A stretch of DNA of 64,000 nt from Nitrososphaeria archaeon (GTDB lineage: Archaea > Thermoproteota > Nitrososphaeria > JACIWG01). Below the pieces are notes generated by a model, which ran no database searches, was not told the DNA's origin, and saw only the letters and a program-made list of their open reading frames with translations. The DNA lies in NCBI GenBank assembly GCA_050011875.1, contig JBEKIG010000004.1, positions 65,589 to 129,588 on the forward strand, written 5' to 3'. How positions within the stretch are numbered: the stretch's first letter is position 1; the number at the start of each line of letters is the position of its first letter. Below, one piece after another: positions 18,909-28,622 of this stretch. Position numbers and translations under genes: made by a program.

Positions 18909-19472
18909 TCATTCAGATCTACATTCATCGCAAAGATATTTATCGTCCACTTCAACCAGTGTGTCAGACCATCTTGAACAGATGTCGCAGTAACCCGCCA
19001 TGTAGATAGACCCTTTCTGGGATTCAGAAAATGAAGTTTCGATGTTTAGTCTCTCTGAGAATATTTCTACAAGCTCTGGCGTTATCGCTATAATGTCCCA
19101 GAGGGACAATATACCCTCAAGGTTTCCTCGATATGTAACTCCGACACGTTTCACCTTCTTCTTCCTCATGTACTTTACAGCATCAATGACCTTTGCCTCG
19201 CTCTCGACCGTGTAAATTGGTGTGCTCATTATTTCCCTTGCCTTTGTCTTGTCAGGATCTAGACCGCTTGAAACAACACGATAAATTATGTCGCCATCGG
19301 TCACCATACCTATAGGCAGCTTGTTCTCCACTATGACTATGCTACCAACGCTGCTTTCAGTCATCTTTTGAGCTATCTGTCTAACGGTTTCGTCAGGACC
19401 TCCGGTAATAACTGGGCTGTTCATCACTTCCCTAACAGTTATATTTGCAGGATTAGTCGCACTAGATTCCAT
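18909..19472 (-). CDS. CBS-pair protein with a C-terminal zinc ribbon
   Basis: Two CBS repeats followed by CDIC...CDEC. Confidence 0.65.
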   Translation of the reverse strand: MESSATNPANITVREVMNSPVITGGPDETVRQIAQKMTESSVGSIVIVENKLPIGMVTDGDIIYRVVSSGLDPDKTKAREIMSTPIYTVESEAKVIDAVKYMRKKKVKRVGVTYRGNLEGILSLWDIIAITPELVEIFSERLNIETSFSESQKGSIYMAGYCDICSRWSDTLVEVDDKYLCDECRSE

Positions 19473-19521
19473 GAATACCTTGTCAACGCTTGGTTAGGAA
19501 CAGGAGTAGAAAAATATTTCC

Positions 19522-21423
19522 TTACGATTTGATCTTACATCCTCCCGGAGGTAGAGATAGAGTGAAATCTTCTAATGGAATGTTTCTTACATCCTCTAAG
19601 GAGTTCATCTTTTCCAAGAGAACTGCTTTGATCTTCTTTGCAGTATAGTTCTTTTCCTCTCTCCCTGGCAGAATCTGAACATATGCTTCAGCGTATGCTT
19701 TTACGGCCCCCATTGGCCCGCTTACGACAGAATAGTGGTCCTTAACCTTTGTTATTGCAACGGCAAGTTCGAGGGGAATGTTCTTTACATAATTTCTCTT
19801 TCCCGAAATCATGAAAGCTCCTTTGCCTATATATTGCCCCGAAGGCGCTTGCTTTGAAATCTGATCTTTGAACACCCAGTACGCTTCCCCTGAAGCTATT
19901 CCAAGCTTCCAGATGTTACTGAAAGCTACCGCGGCTAGAGCGGTTTCCCTTACACTAGGTTCCGTTGCCCTTTTACCTTCTTTAATTATGAAGAAAGGTG
20001 CACCAGTGAACTCCGCGTGAAACACGATGTCTCCATCTCCCAAATATTTCTTTATTACTGCTTCATTTGAAGAAGCATCTCTTCCACCTATCGCTAAAAA
20101 ACCCTCTGATGTACGGAACCAGCGATATCTTTCATACCATTCTTTTTCAAAAATCTTTCGGCTTCCTTTTACCACGTTTCTTTCCTTTAATTCTACCTTC
20201 TTTTCTATCTGTTGCAGTTCCCTTTCCAATTTTTTTACTGAAGAATCGATGTCCAGCATTCCTTGTGACAGAACCTTGGTGGCGTTAAAGATTTCTGAGC
20301 GGGTCTTCATAGGGTTAAGCTGGTCTAATTCGAACTCGAAGTTCTTATAAGAAATTTTTAGTATATCATCACTTAAACTTACGATCCCAGATTTGAATAA
20401 CTTCAAAAACTGATCTTTGTCTTGATAGTACAGCGAGATACTTTCAATGATGCTGTTCGCGATTTCGGTTAAAACCTTCTTGTCTTCGGCTAGCACTTCC
20501 TTTTTCTTATTCAAGCCTTCCATCGTGTTCTTCAGTCCTTCTCTCTCCCTATACATTGGGTGAAGAAGTGCCTGTTCTCTTTTCTTCAGACAACTTCTTG
20601 TGTACAGCGTGTCTAATGCTTCATTAAGACTTCCAACTTCCTTGATCTCATGTTTGTTAAGGCCGGTGGGAAAAATTGAAAAGTCGACTGGTTCTTCCCC
20701 GTCAACAAAAAGTACCGGCCTAATTTTGAAGTCTTCTGAGAAAAAACCATGTATAGCTGTAATAAGCGACCTTAGTGTCTGTTCGCCGATCTCTTTCCCA
20801 GTCGAACCAGCTGGCAAGTTGAGGAGAGCTGGAAGAGTGTCGATGTATTTTTTGGGGAGGGAAAGGTTTTTCCCTAGCCATTTCCTAAAATCTTCTTGGT
20901 ATCCAAGAAGAGGTTTAAGAAATTCTTCATCGACCGCAAGTGGGTCGGCTCCTCTCTGTGGTGGGGGAATATACTTAGTTCCTAGGGCTATTCTCCTATG
21001 TTTTGTTTCACGATATTCTAACGCTGCAAGGATAGCATCTTTATCGTCTAAGAGAATCAAGTTTCCACTACTGAAGAATTCGGCAACAAGTTTAGTCGCT
21101 TCACAACCAATGAATTCTATTACTACTATTCTTTCAGTTCCAAGCTGGGATATCGACAAAATCTTTCCCCTAGAAAGTTTTTTTCTAAACAGATTCAGAA
21201 GGCTGTCAGTGCTTTCTCCTTCAAGCTTAGCTTCTGTAACCCAGATCGCACGCCCGCGGTTTAAAACAAGCCTTCTTTCTGAGTTTGAAGGATGGTGTAG
21301 CCTAATAAGTAATGTGCCTTCAACGACCCAGTAAACGTTGTTAACATAATAATCCTTAAGACTATCATTTAACCACCTGACTTGGTGAAAGAGTTCTATG
21401 TTGCTTAGCGCAGGGGTGCTCAT
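19522..21423 (-). CDS. NFACT-family protein (Rqc2/NEMF/FbpA homologue; ribosome quality-control-like)
   Basis: NFACT-N at the N-terminus, a central coiled coil, and a C-terminal NFACT-R/DUF814-like segment (DIVFHAEFTGAPFFIIKEG). Confidence 0.75.
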   Translation of the reverse strand: MSTPALSNIELFHQVRWLNDSLKDYYVNNVYWVVEGTLLIRLHHPSNSERRLVLNRGRAIWVTEAKLEGESTDSLLNLFRKKLSRGKILSISQLGTERIVVIEFIGCEATKLVAEFFSSGNLILLDDKDAILAALEYRETKHRRIALGTKYIPPPQRGADPLAVDEEFLKPLLGYQEDFRKWLGKNLSLPKKYIDTLPALLNLPAGSTGKEIGEQTLRSLITAIHGFFSEDFKIRPVLFVDGEEPVDFSIFPTGLNKHEIKEVGSLNEALDTLYTRSCLKKREQALLHPMYREREGLKNTMEGLNKKKEVLAEDKKVLTEIANSIIESISLYYQDKDQFLKLFKSGIVSLSDDILKISYKNFEFELDQLNPMKTRSEIFNATKVLSQGMLDIDSSVKKLERELQQIEKKVELKERNVVKGSRKIFEKEWYERYRWFRTSEGFLAIGGRDASSNEAVIKKYLGDGDIVFHAEFTGAPFFIIKEGKRATEPSVRETALAAVAFSNIWKLGIASGEAYWVFKDQISKQAPSGQYIGKGAFMISGKRNYVKNIPLELAVAITKVKDHYSVVSGPMGAVKAYAEAYVQILPGREEKNYTAKKIKAVLLEKMNSLEDVRNIPLEDFTLSLPPGGCKIKS

Positions 21424-21441
21424 CTTGGAGGCCGTGGGGAT

Positions 21442-21726
21442 ATGTTAACAGACAGCAATAAACTATTCTGGACTAGAGTCATCTTTGCAGCATTATCAGG
21501 GTTCGTTTCTGGAATAATGAAATTCAGCGGCAGCACCGCCTTTGATGGCGTGGGTACAATCATTTTCATGTACATCTTATCGTATTTTATAGGGGAAGCC
21601 TTTATATTCAAAGGTAAAAAGGTTAGCAGAAATACACTGATACTCACTGGAATAGGAACATTCATTATGATGTCTCTTTTTATGTGGATCCTCTTCTATA
21701 CTCTGAAGGTAAATGGATTTATTTAG
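21442..21726 (+). CDS. Small membrane protein (2-3 TM)
   Basis: 94-aa hydrophobic ORF. Confidence 0.35.
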   Translation: MLTDSNKLFWTRVIFAALSGFVSGIMKFSGSTAFDGVGTIIFMYILSYFIGEAFIFKGKKVSRNTLILTGIGTFIMMSLFMWILFYTLKVNGFI

Positions 21727-22000
21727 CTCCCTTTTCTATCAGATCAATATATGCGAATAACAGCGAAAAGTAATCGGAATCGTATTCTGAAATCCATCCA
21801 CTGGAGAGTAAGTTTGACATGCTAGCCTTCATGGACTTTAGTCTCTCAAGTTCTTCTTGGGTAATATCTCCATTCTTAAGAAGACTTTTTAAACCGTTTA
21901 TTGCCTGTGACGCACCGAGCGAATCTTTGGCAGCTTCCTTAGCTTCTTCCCATCTACCTGTCTGAATCAGCTTCACAATCTCTACCGTATTGTTTATCAA
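21719..22000 (-). CDS. Small hypothetical protein, start/stop-coupled (ATGA) to the upstream RadA-paralogue gene
   Basis: 93-aa ORF overlapping the upstream gene's stop by 4 nt. Confidence 0.4.
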   Translation of the reverse strand: MINNTVEIVKLIQTGRWEEAKEAAKDSLGASQAINGLKSLLKNGDITQEELERLKSMKASMSNLLSSGWISEYDSDYFSLLFAYIDLIEKGAK

Positions 22001-22908
22001 GAAATGTCCCCTGCACCATATTCTGTTAAACTAAACTCGGTGGTCTCTACACAGTCTCCTATTACAACCTTAGCTTCCCAAGTCATATCTTCTGACCTAC
22101 TTAGCAAAATTTTCGTTCGAATAAAAGGGCCTATTATATCATCATATTCTGGGACTAAAGCACTGTCTCGAAACCTCCTCATGCTATTGCTTAGAAGTAT
22201 AACGATCATGTTATCGCGTGCTGCTAAATAGTTTAGTCTCATAATAAAGTTCTCCAACGCTTTAAGCCTATAGAAGATTATGCTCTTCTTCTTGGCAACT
22301 AGTTTAAGTGATTCGCATAAACCGTCGATTACCAGAAGTTTGTGATTGAATTGTTTAAAAGAGTTTTCATATATTTTAAAGATTTCAAATTGTTGGGGTA
22401 AACTATAGGGTCTGAAGACCGAGATTTTATTTAATATTTCTTTGGAACCTAAACCGTGATATCGTCCAAGTTCGTTTAGCTTTTCTGGTCTAAACATTCC
22501 ATTGGAGTCGTTGTAGAGAACTACTCCTTCTTTTTGTTCGTGTAGAAAGTTGAGCACAATGTCGTAGCAGAGTTGGATACGAGGAAAATGTTGTTCACTG
22601 CATATTTCAGTTATCTGTCGGGAAGGTATGCCGCTTTTAAGCTTTGAATTAAGGGAAACCGATGATATTGCAATATTGTTTATTTCTCCACCTACATTTT
22701 TGTCTAAAACTCTGTATACGCCGCCTACCCTACATTGTAATGTCGAAATGATGTTAACAAGCTCGTCTTTTTCAAAATATTTCTCTAGGATGTTGTGGGG
22801 AGTTAAAAGGAACTGTAGAACTGTGCAAATGTTCCCTTGAGCAAGCTGTCCAACCTTTTCTTTGGATAGTATATTTAATTCGTTTATCAGTGGACTCTGC
22901 TCTATCAT
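21997..22908 (-). CDS. RadA/RecA-family paralogue with a degenerate Walker A motif (probable pseudo-ATPase)
   Basis: It aligns by eye to the RadA core (GVVLYNDSNGMFRPEKLNEL versus the bona fide RadA GAVYIDTENTFRPERI; LLVIDGL...NMIVILLSN after Walker B), but the P-loop position reads SEQHFPR instead of GxxGxGKT. Confidence 0.5.
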   Translation of the reverse strand: MIEQSPLINELNILSKEKVGQLAQGNICTVLQFLLTPHNILEKYFEKDELVNIISTLQCRVGGVYRVLDKNVGGEINNIAISSVSLNSKLKSGIPSRQITEICSEQHFPRIQLCYDIVLNFLHEQKEGVVLYNDSNGMFRPEKLNELGRYHGLGSKEILNKISVFRPYSLPQQFEIFKIYENSFKQFNHKLLVIDGLCESLKLVAKKKSIIFYRLKALENFIMRLNYLAARDNMIVILLSNSMRRFRDSALVPEYDDIIGPFIRTKILLSRSEDMTWEAKVVIGDCVETTEFSLTEYGAGDIS

Positions 22909-22968
22909 AAACGCATAGCCTTATACAAGAATAAGATAAAAATAATAATGTGTAGAAAATAGCATAAC

Positions 22969-23826
22969 GTGTCAAATATGGGAGAGTACGAACAAGTGCT
23001 CGAGAAGGCTGTTATGATGATGGTAACGGATATTCCACCCGATGTCTTTGCAGCCCTTAAAATTGCGGCAAGTAAAGAGAAGCTGAAAATCGCAAAGAAA
23101 CAATTTGAAACGATAATTAAAAGTATCAGCCTAAGCCACACCGGTAGTCTACCCCTATGCCAAGACACCGGCCTGTTAACCGTTTTTTTAAATGGGAAAT
23201 ATGTAGTCGATTACAATGTAATTAGGGAAGTTCTGGATAGAATCGTAATTAAGCTAACAAAGTCAGGGAAGATCAGGCCCAATCTTGTCAATGCAATAAG
23301 CAGGGTTCCAATCGAAGGAAATGTAGGTTTCGGTCAGCCTGAAATCTACCTCGGAATGGAAAAAGAGGATTCGATAAAGATGATGCTGAAGGGTGCGGGT
23401 TCTGAGAACTATTCTTCCTTAGAGATGTTTCTACCATCGGTAGACATACGTGAGATAAATAGATTCATCCTTAAGAAAACTCTCGATGCCGGAGGAAAGA
23501 TATGCCCACCTTCTATCGTAAGCGTGTCCATAGGCGGTTCACCTGCTGCCGCAGTAATAGAGTCTAGGAAAGCTCTGTTCGCCAAGATTGGTGTAAGGAA
23601 CAAGGATAAAGATATAGCTGTATGGGAAAAGAGGCTTATTAAAGCCTTGAATGCGTTGAACATAGGTCCAATGGGTTTAGGAGGAAAAACAAGTGTACTC
23701 GATGTGAAGATTAGCGTCTTAGGCACGCATATTGCAATGTTACCGGTAGCTTTAACATACAACTGTTGGGCACTTCGTCGGATACAGATCCGAAGGGTTC
23801 AAGGAAAAGAGGCGATTTTATGGTAA
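22969..23826 (+). CDS. Class I fumarate hydratase / L(+)-tartrate dehydratase, alpha subunit
   Basis: LCQDTG motif and ~285 aa Fe-S hydro-lyase alpha subunit. Confidence 0.8.
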   Translation: MSNMGEYEQVLEKAVMMMVTDIPPDVFAALKIAASKEKLKIAKKQFETIIKSISLSHTGSLPLCQDTGLLTVFLNGKYVVDYNVIREVLDRIVIKLTKSGKIRPNLVNAISRVPIEGNVGFGQPEIYLGMEKEDSIKMMLKGAGSENYSSLEMFLPSVDIREINRFILKKTLDAGGKICPPSIVSVSIGGSPAAAVIESRKALFAKIGVRNKDKDIAVWEKRLIKALNALNIGPMGLGGKTSVLDVKISVLGTHIAMLPVALTYNCWALRRIQIRRVQGKEAILW

Positions 23827-24413
23827 AAGAAAGTTCGAAAGTCAAAGTAATAGAATTGGTAGATAGATCGAAAGATTTTAGGGTAGGAAACGTAATTTAC
23901 TTAACAGGCGACATAGCTATTGCGAGAGACCAAGCCCATAAACGTCTCTGTGAGAACGATTTCATCTTAAAAGATGTAATAGACCTGCCTGTCTATCACT
24001 GTGGACCCATAGCAATCCAAGAACGAGGAGGATTCAGATTTTTGGGGGCAGGCCCCACAACGAGCAAAAGGATGGAGAAGTTTACAGAACAGATGATTTT
24101 GAGATATCATACACCTCTATTCATTGGAAAAGGGGGTTTCGGAGACGTTGGTAAAGCGACTATAGTAAAATATGGTTCTTTCTACTGCGAATTCACAGGT
24201 GGAGCTTCAGCCTATGCTGTATCAAAGATCGATAGCGTTCTTAAAATTTTCTTTGAGGATCTAGGAACATCTGAAGCCTTATGGATTGTATCAGTAAAGA
24301 ATTTCGGACCTTTACTTGTGACCCAAGACTCTGAAGGAAATGATCTCAGGTCTGACGTGTACAAAAATGCAGTCGAAAAAATGGACCGAATATTACGCGA
24401 ATACGGTCTGTAG
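23820..24413 (+). CDS. Class I fumarate hydratase, beta subunit
   Basis: The ATG at 23820 (MVKESS...) overlaps the alpha-subunit stop (ATGGTAA). Typical beta-subunit size. The track's 23766 start is probably too long. Confidence 0.7.
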   Translation: MVKESSKVKVIELVDRSKDFRVGNVIYLTGDIAIARDQAHKRLCENDFILKDVIDLPVYHCGPIAIQERGGFRFLGAGPTTSKRMEKFTEQMILRYHTPLFIGKGGFGDVGKATIVKYGSFYCEFTGGASAYAVSKIDSVLKIFFEDLGTSEALWIVSVKNFGPLLVTQDSEGNDLRSDVYKNAVEKMDRILREYGL

Positions 24414-24416
24414 TTT

Positions 24417-26315
24417 CTATATTCTTGTATGTGCTTCTATACCAAGAATGCTCATCAAAGTTTTGAGCGCATTCGCAAATGCGATTACTAGAATAAGCCT
24501 CTGCTCCTTCTTAGCTTCATTCTTTTCGTGTAATACTGGATACTTTTCGTAGAACGTGTTGAATAACAGACAGATCGAATGTGCATACTCCGCCAGTTTG
24601 TTTGTTTGGAGATTTTCTACGGAATCTTTTAGATTAGTATCCATTTTGGACAGCTCTTTAACAATCATGTATTCTTCTATTTCATCTAATTCGGTTATGG
24701 AGAAACTCTTTTTGATCGCTTTCCCGTACTTTTCAATGATTCTTGATGCTCTTGCGAACGTGTACTGTAGATATGGTCCTGTGTCACCTTCGATCTTCAG
24801 TGCTTCGTTTAAATCAAAGACCATTATTTTTTTGAAGTCCTGCTTTACCAGACTGTACCTAATTGCTGAAACTGCTAGGGAAGTCGAAATTGTTATCAGC
24901 CATTCTTCGTCAGCCTCAGGATTTCTCTGCTTACTCCCAATATACGCGAGTTTCTGCAGCTTTTCGAGAACATCGTCTGCATTTATGTAGATACCCGCCC
25001 TTCCTGACATGTGGACGAAATCTTTTTCTTCTACTTTAAGGCCCATTTCTTTAGCTGTATCTCTGCTGAGTGACACAATTTCGTAACCTAGATGAATATA
25101 GTTTTTCTCTTTTCCTTTTTCTCCCAATTTTTTAAGGATACTCGCTATTATCTTTTGAAGCCATGCTTGTCGAACATCAATCACGTTTATAGCGGCGTCC
25201 GCGTTGTTGAAAGACGGATGATCTTTAACACCGTCTGAGAGGGTTGTTCTCCAAAGAACACTTCCGTTTGGTTGTTTGAAAAATTCCACGTATTTAAAAA
25301 AGTCTTCTATCAGCCCAAGCTTCCAAGCCGCGTAAGGTATGTCTTTCGCAATATACGTTAAGGTGCCATCACTCCTGATCAAAATTTTGTCTTGGTCGCC
25401 TCCACCTTTTATAATCCAGCACCCAGCGTTCTCTCCCTCCCCTTCATAATTGACAAGGTTATTGTCTTTCATTTTTTGGAAAACCTCCTGCCACATACCT
25501 GAAGTAAAGATATGTGATTCGAAGTTCAGACAGTCATAATATGCTCCTACGGCGGAACACGTTTTTAGCTGTTCTAAAAGAACACGCTCTGTAATAGTCT
25601 TTGAATAGGCAAAAATTTCTGAATCATGATCTTCCATTTCCTTTAAAACAACCCTTCTGTATTGCTCTGTTTCCGGCTTTTCTAAATAGATCTGATTCAC
25701 TTTGACGTACACTTGATCTCCGCAATAGTGATCGAATTTCGTTTTTGGATCAGGTGGATTTTCTGGGAAACCGAGGAACCTGAAACCTACAATAATATCC
25801 GCCACCTGGAGCCCTGAGTCGTCAACGTAGTTTAGGACTGTGACATCATGGTTGGTGTACTTCAGAAGACGCTGAATCGTGTCTCCTATCACAACGTTCC
25901 GCATATGACCTATATGGAGCGCCTTATTGGGGTTGACACTGGTGTGCTCTACAATCACCTTTTTACCCTTTCCGACATCGATGTAACCCGGTTTTTCTTC
26001 CATCATATTACATAAGGTCATTGTGAGAAACTTCGGTTTGTCTACTCTAAAGTTCAAGTAGGCTGGATGGGATACAGATACTTCAGACACCAAATCATGC
26101 TTCACATCCCCCATCGCTGAATGCAATTCTTCCGCTATTTCGAATGGCTTTTTTCTTGCAGTCTTTGCAATATCAAAGGCGATCGTAGAAGAGAGGTCCC
26201 CAAATTGGGGCCTTGGAGGCTCCTCTAATGGAATGTGATTTACCCTGTATCCCAGCTTATCAGCTGCCAGAGTAATGCTCTTCTCCACCTCTCTCCTAAA
26301 AGCTTCAAAAGCCAT
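24417..26315 (-). CDS. argS: Arginyl-tRNA synthetase
   Basis: HIGH motif (PNKALHIGHMRN) and class I ArgRS architecture, 632 aa. Confidence 0.9.
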   Translation of the reverse strand: MAFEAFRREVEKSITLAADKLGYRVNHIPLEEPPRPQFGDLSSTIAFDIAKTARKKPFEIAEELHSAMGDVKHDLVSEVSVSHPAYLNFRVDKPKFLTMTLCNMMEEKPGYIDVGKGKKVIVEHTSVNPNKALHIGHMRNVVIGDTIQRLLKYTNHDVTVLNYVDDSGLQVADIIVGFRFLGFPENPPDPKTKFDHYCGDQVYVKVNQIYLEKPETEQYRRVVLKEMEDHDSEIFAYSKTITERVLLEQLKTCSAVGAYYDCLNFESHIFTSGMWQEVFQKMKDNNLVNYEGEGENAGCWIIKGGGDQDKILIRSDGTLTYIAKDIPYAAWKLGLIEDFFKYVEFFKQPNGSVLWRTTLSDGVKDHPSFNNADAAINVIDVRQAWLQKIIASILKKLGEKGKEKNYIHLGYEIVSLSRDTAKEMGLKVEEKDFVHMSGRAGIYINADDVLEKLQKLAYIGSKQRNPEADEEWLITISTSLAVSAIRYSLVKQDFKKIMVFDLNEALKIEGDTGPYLQYTFARASRIIEKYGKAIKKSFSITELDEIEEYMIVKELSKMDTNLKDSVENLQTNKLAEYAHSICLLFNTFYEKYPVLHEKNEAKKEQRLILVIAFANALKTLMSILGIEAHTRI

Positions 26316-26425
26316 CTCTTTTCCTCATCTATCAGCTTCAGTCCATCTAAAAAACTTATCTTGGAATCCTCCTTATCTAAGATATTTGACAGAACTTACT
26401 ATTTAGACAACGATTCCCGTAGATT

Positions 26426-26755
26426 TTAGCCTTCGGCTTCATAGAATTTTTTTTCCACTACTGAAAGCGTGCCGGATCTGATTATTGTACGGTAATCCCT
26501 ATCTAGGTCCTGTTTATGCAAATATTTCTTAATAAGCATCTTAAGTTCATCCGTTTTAGTCTCACTGAAATCAATAGAATCGCCGTCAACCTTTCCCTCA
26601 ACTTTTTTCCTCTCCCTGACAAATTCTTGGAAATCTGAAATCTTATCTTTCATCTTTTCAAATTTTACTATCGCCATACTGATCACTGCACCACCACGTC
26701 TACGGTCTACAGCCTTTATTAGCTTAAAGAGGGCTCCCTTCCTTTTTCTGCTCAA
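26426..26755 (-). CDS. Hypothetical basic protein
   Basis: 109-aa ORF, K/R-rich, no recognised motif. Confidence 0.35.
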   Translation of the reverse strand: MSRKRKGALFKLIKAVDRRRGGAVISMAIVKFEKMKDKISDFQEFVRERKKVEGKVDGDSIDFSETKTDELKMLIKKYLHKQDLDRDYRTIIRSGTLSVVEKKFYEAEG

Positions 26756-26820
26756 CTAGACTAGAACCATCTCTCTTAAGGACGGCATAGTTGTTTAAGA
26801 CACGCGCCTATCATAAAATA

Positions 26821-27840
26821 TTACTTTAACCCGAGTTCCTTCCTTCTATCAATCGTTGCTTCGGCGTCTGCGCCTGTGCTTATTATAGACACCGGCACTT
26901 TTACCTCTTTTTCAATATTTTCAACCATTTTCCTTGCATCTACGGGAAGCAATGAGAAATCTCTTAGATTCTTTGCGGCCGGAAACAGAATATCAAATTT
27001 CGTTACAGCCACCTGTGTCGCGGAATTCAACATCACCGCTCTTTTGGCAAGTTCAAAGTTGAAAGGCGCACTTCTTCTGGTTCTCCCTGTAACGGTCGCT
27101 CTCTCCAGCCATCCCCTCTTTTCAGCTTCCTGTTCTGACAGTTCTCCGGGAAGCTCCCCCGCACCCACACGTGTAACGTAAGCCTTGAAGACTATTAGAA
27201 CGCTGTCTACGGCCTTCGGTCCTATTCCGATGTCAGAACAGATTGCTGAAGCCGTAACGTCTTTGGTTGTCACAAATGGATATGTGCCATGGTAGAGGGA
27301 TATGTATGTACCCTGAGTTCCCTCAACATGAACGGTCTCTCCACTTGATATTGCTTCATTAACTAGAAAAGAGACATCACCCGTATATTTGGATAGAGAT
27401 GGCACATCTTTGGCAAGTCGAGCCACTCGCATTATCCTCTCCACATTCGCCGGCCCACATCCTGTACCCGTTGTCCCAATTTTTCCCTTCAAGTACGCGT
27501 CTGAGCGGTCTTTTTCGACATGCTTTTCCTCTATAACACCACATTGTCTGTCAATGGTCACCCTGTTATCGACGTTAAACTGTTCTATTTCCCTAGTCAA
27601 CACTTTAGGGTCGACGAGAACACCGGCGCCTATCATCAACTTCGTACTCTCATTTATCAGAGCACTTGGTAACATTCTCAACCTGCTTTCTATCCCCCTA
27701 TAGACGACTGTGTGCCCAGCATTTGGACCGACACCCCCCCGTACTGCAATCTTTGGTTTGTCTTTAATGGCTAAATAAGAGACTATCTTACCTTTTCCTT
27801 CATCCCCAAAGAAGCCTCCTACAATAACGGTGCAGGTCAT
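26821..27840 (-). CDS. purA: Adenylosuccinate synthetase (short archaeal form)
   Basis: GDEGKGK P-loop at the N-terminus plus GTTGTGCGP motif; 339 aa. Confidence 0.9.
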   Translation of the reverse strand: MTCTVIVGGFFGDEGKGKIVSYLAIKDKPKIAVRGGVGPNAGHTVVYRGIESRLRMLPSALINESTKLMIGAGVLVDPKVLTREIEQFNVDNRVTIDRQCGVIEEKHVEKDRSDAYLKGKIGTTGTGCGPANVERIMRVARLAKDVPSLSKYTGDVSFLVNEAISSGETVHVEGTQGTYISLYHGTYPFVTTKDVTASAICSDIGIGPKAVDSVLIVFKAYVTRVGAGELPGELSEQEAEKRGWLERATVTGRTRRSAPFNFELAKRAVMLNSATQVAVTKFDILFPAAKNLRDFSLLPVDARKMVENIEKEVKVPVSIISTGADAEATIDRRKELGLK

Positions 27841-27904
27841 ATTCTAACATTAAAAGGGAATAGTAATAGAGTATAATAAGATTTGACCCTATTTTAGTTC
27901 TAAT

Positions 27905-28330
27905 CCCTCTATCTTAGCCTTCTCTTCGACTTTAGCGTCCTTGTTTCTGTGAGCAGGCAGGCTTTAATAACGATACTTGAAATTCGTGCAGAGATACTGC
28001 TGGTTTGCGTCTTCCCTCATTCTATAGATAACTGGGCGATTCAATTCCCATAATGAATTGAAGGACGACGTGATAGGCTGTCAACCAGATCGATGTCTAC
28101 AGAACCAACAATTACAGCCTCGATGTGTGTATACTGGGATAACCTTCCTCCCTATAAGTGAACTGCCCCCTTCTTCTATGATTCCAGCCCATTCATAGTC
28201 CCAACCGAACGGGTAAGCCCAGCCTGGGTATCCCCTTGCATACTGTTTCACGGTCGTTCCAGACATCATACACAGTTTCACGTGGACGGGACTTCACATT
28301 GTTCAAGTGTGGGCTTCGGCTGATCGACTA
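27905..28330. ncRNA. Candidate structured non-coding RNA in a GC-enriched island within an otherwise AT-rich 780-bp intergenic region. Possibly RNase P RNA or SRP RNA; strand and identity are unresolved.
   Basis: No credible ORF; the track's 28081..28281 66-aa ORF looks spurious. There is a C(UUCG)G-type hairpin. On the minus strand GAAGUCCCGUCC ... CUGGGCUUACC resembles RNase P P4 strands, and GUGAAAC occurs twice, but the spacing does not fit a canonical type A fold. Confidence 0.25.
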
Positions 28331-28622
28331 CACGAACATCTATTGGACCAAAGTATAAAGAAACCTTTATTATATTAACTAAACCCTAGCGTTCCTCAAC
28401 CCATTTTATTAATATTACTGAGAAACTTTCAGCCACGGAAACAAGTTTACAAACAATATCTTTTATTCAATCTCTATAAACTGCTTCTTAAAACAACCTT
28501 ATCCTAAGTCCCGGATCTTGGTGACAGATTTAAATTAATACTTCATCGAATTTTACCGAGATAAGCATTTTAAAATGCCTAAAGATATAAAGTTTAATCC
28601 TAAATGTATGTAGTGGAAAAAA

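Noticed and set aside
23766-23826. Sixty-nt overlap between fumarase alpha and beta ORFs as annotated in the track
   Set aside because: An in-frame ATG at 23820 overlapping the alpha stop (ATGGTAA) gives a normal beta-subunit N-terminus. The longer track ORF is an over-extension, not a real overlap.
28081-28281. 66-aa ORF (MKLCMMSGTT...) in the purA intergenic region
   Set aside because: It lies inside the GC-rich probable structured-RNA island, has an odd Trp/Cys/Gly-rich composition, and has no upstream signals. It is more likely a chance ORF in non-coding RNA.
27905-28330. Confident call of RNase P RNA
   Set aside because: P4-like strands and GUGAAAC motifs are present, but their spacing does not fit the canonical archaeal type A secondary structure. 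I kept it only as a generic ncRNA candidate.
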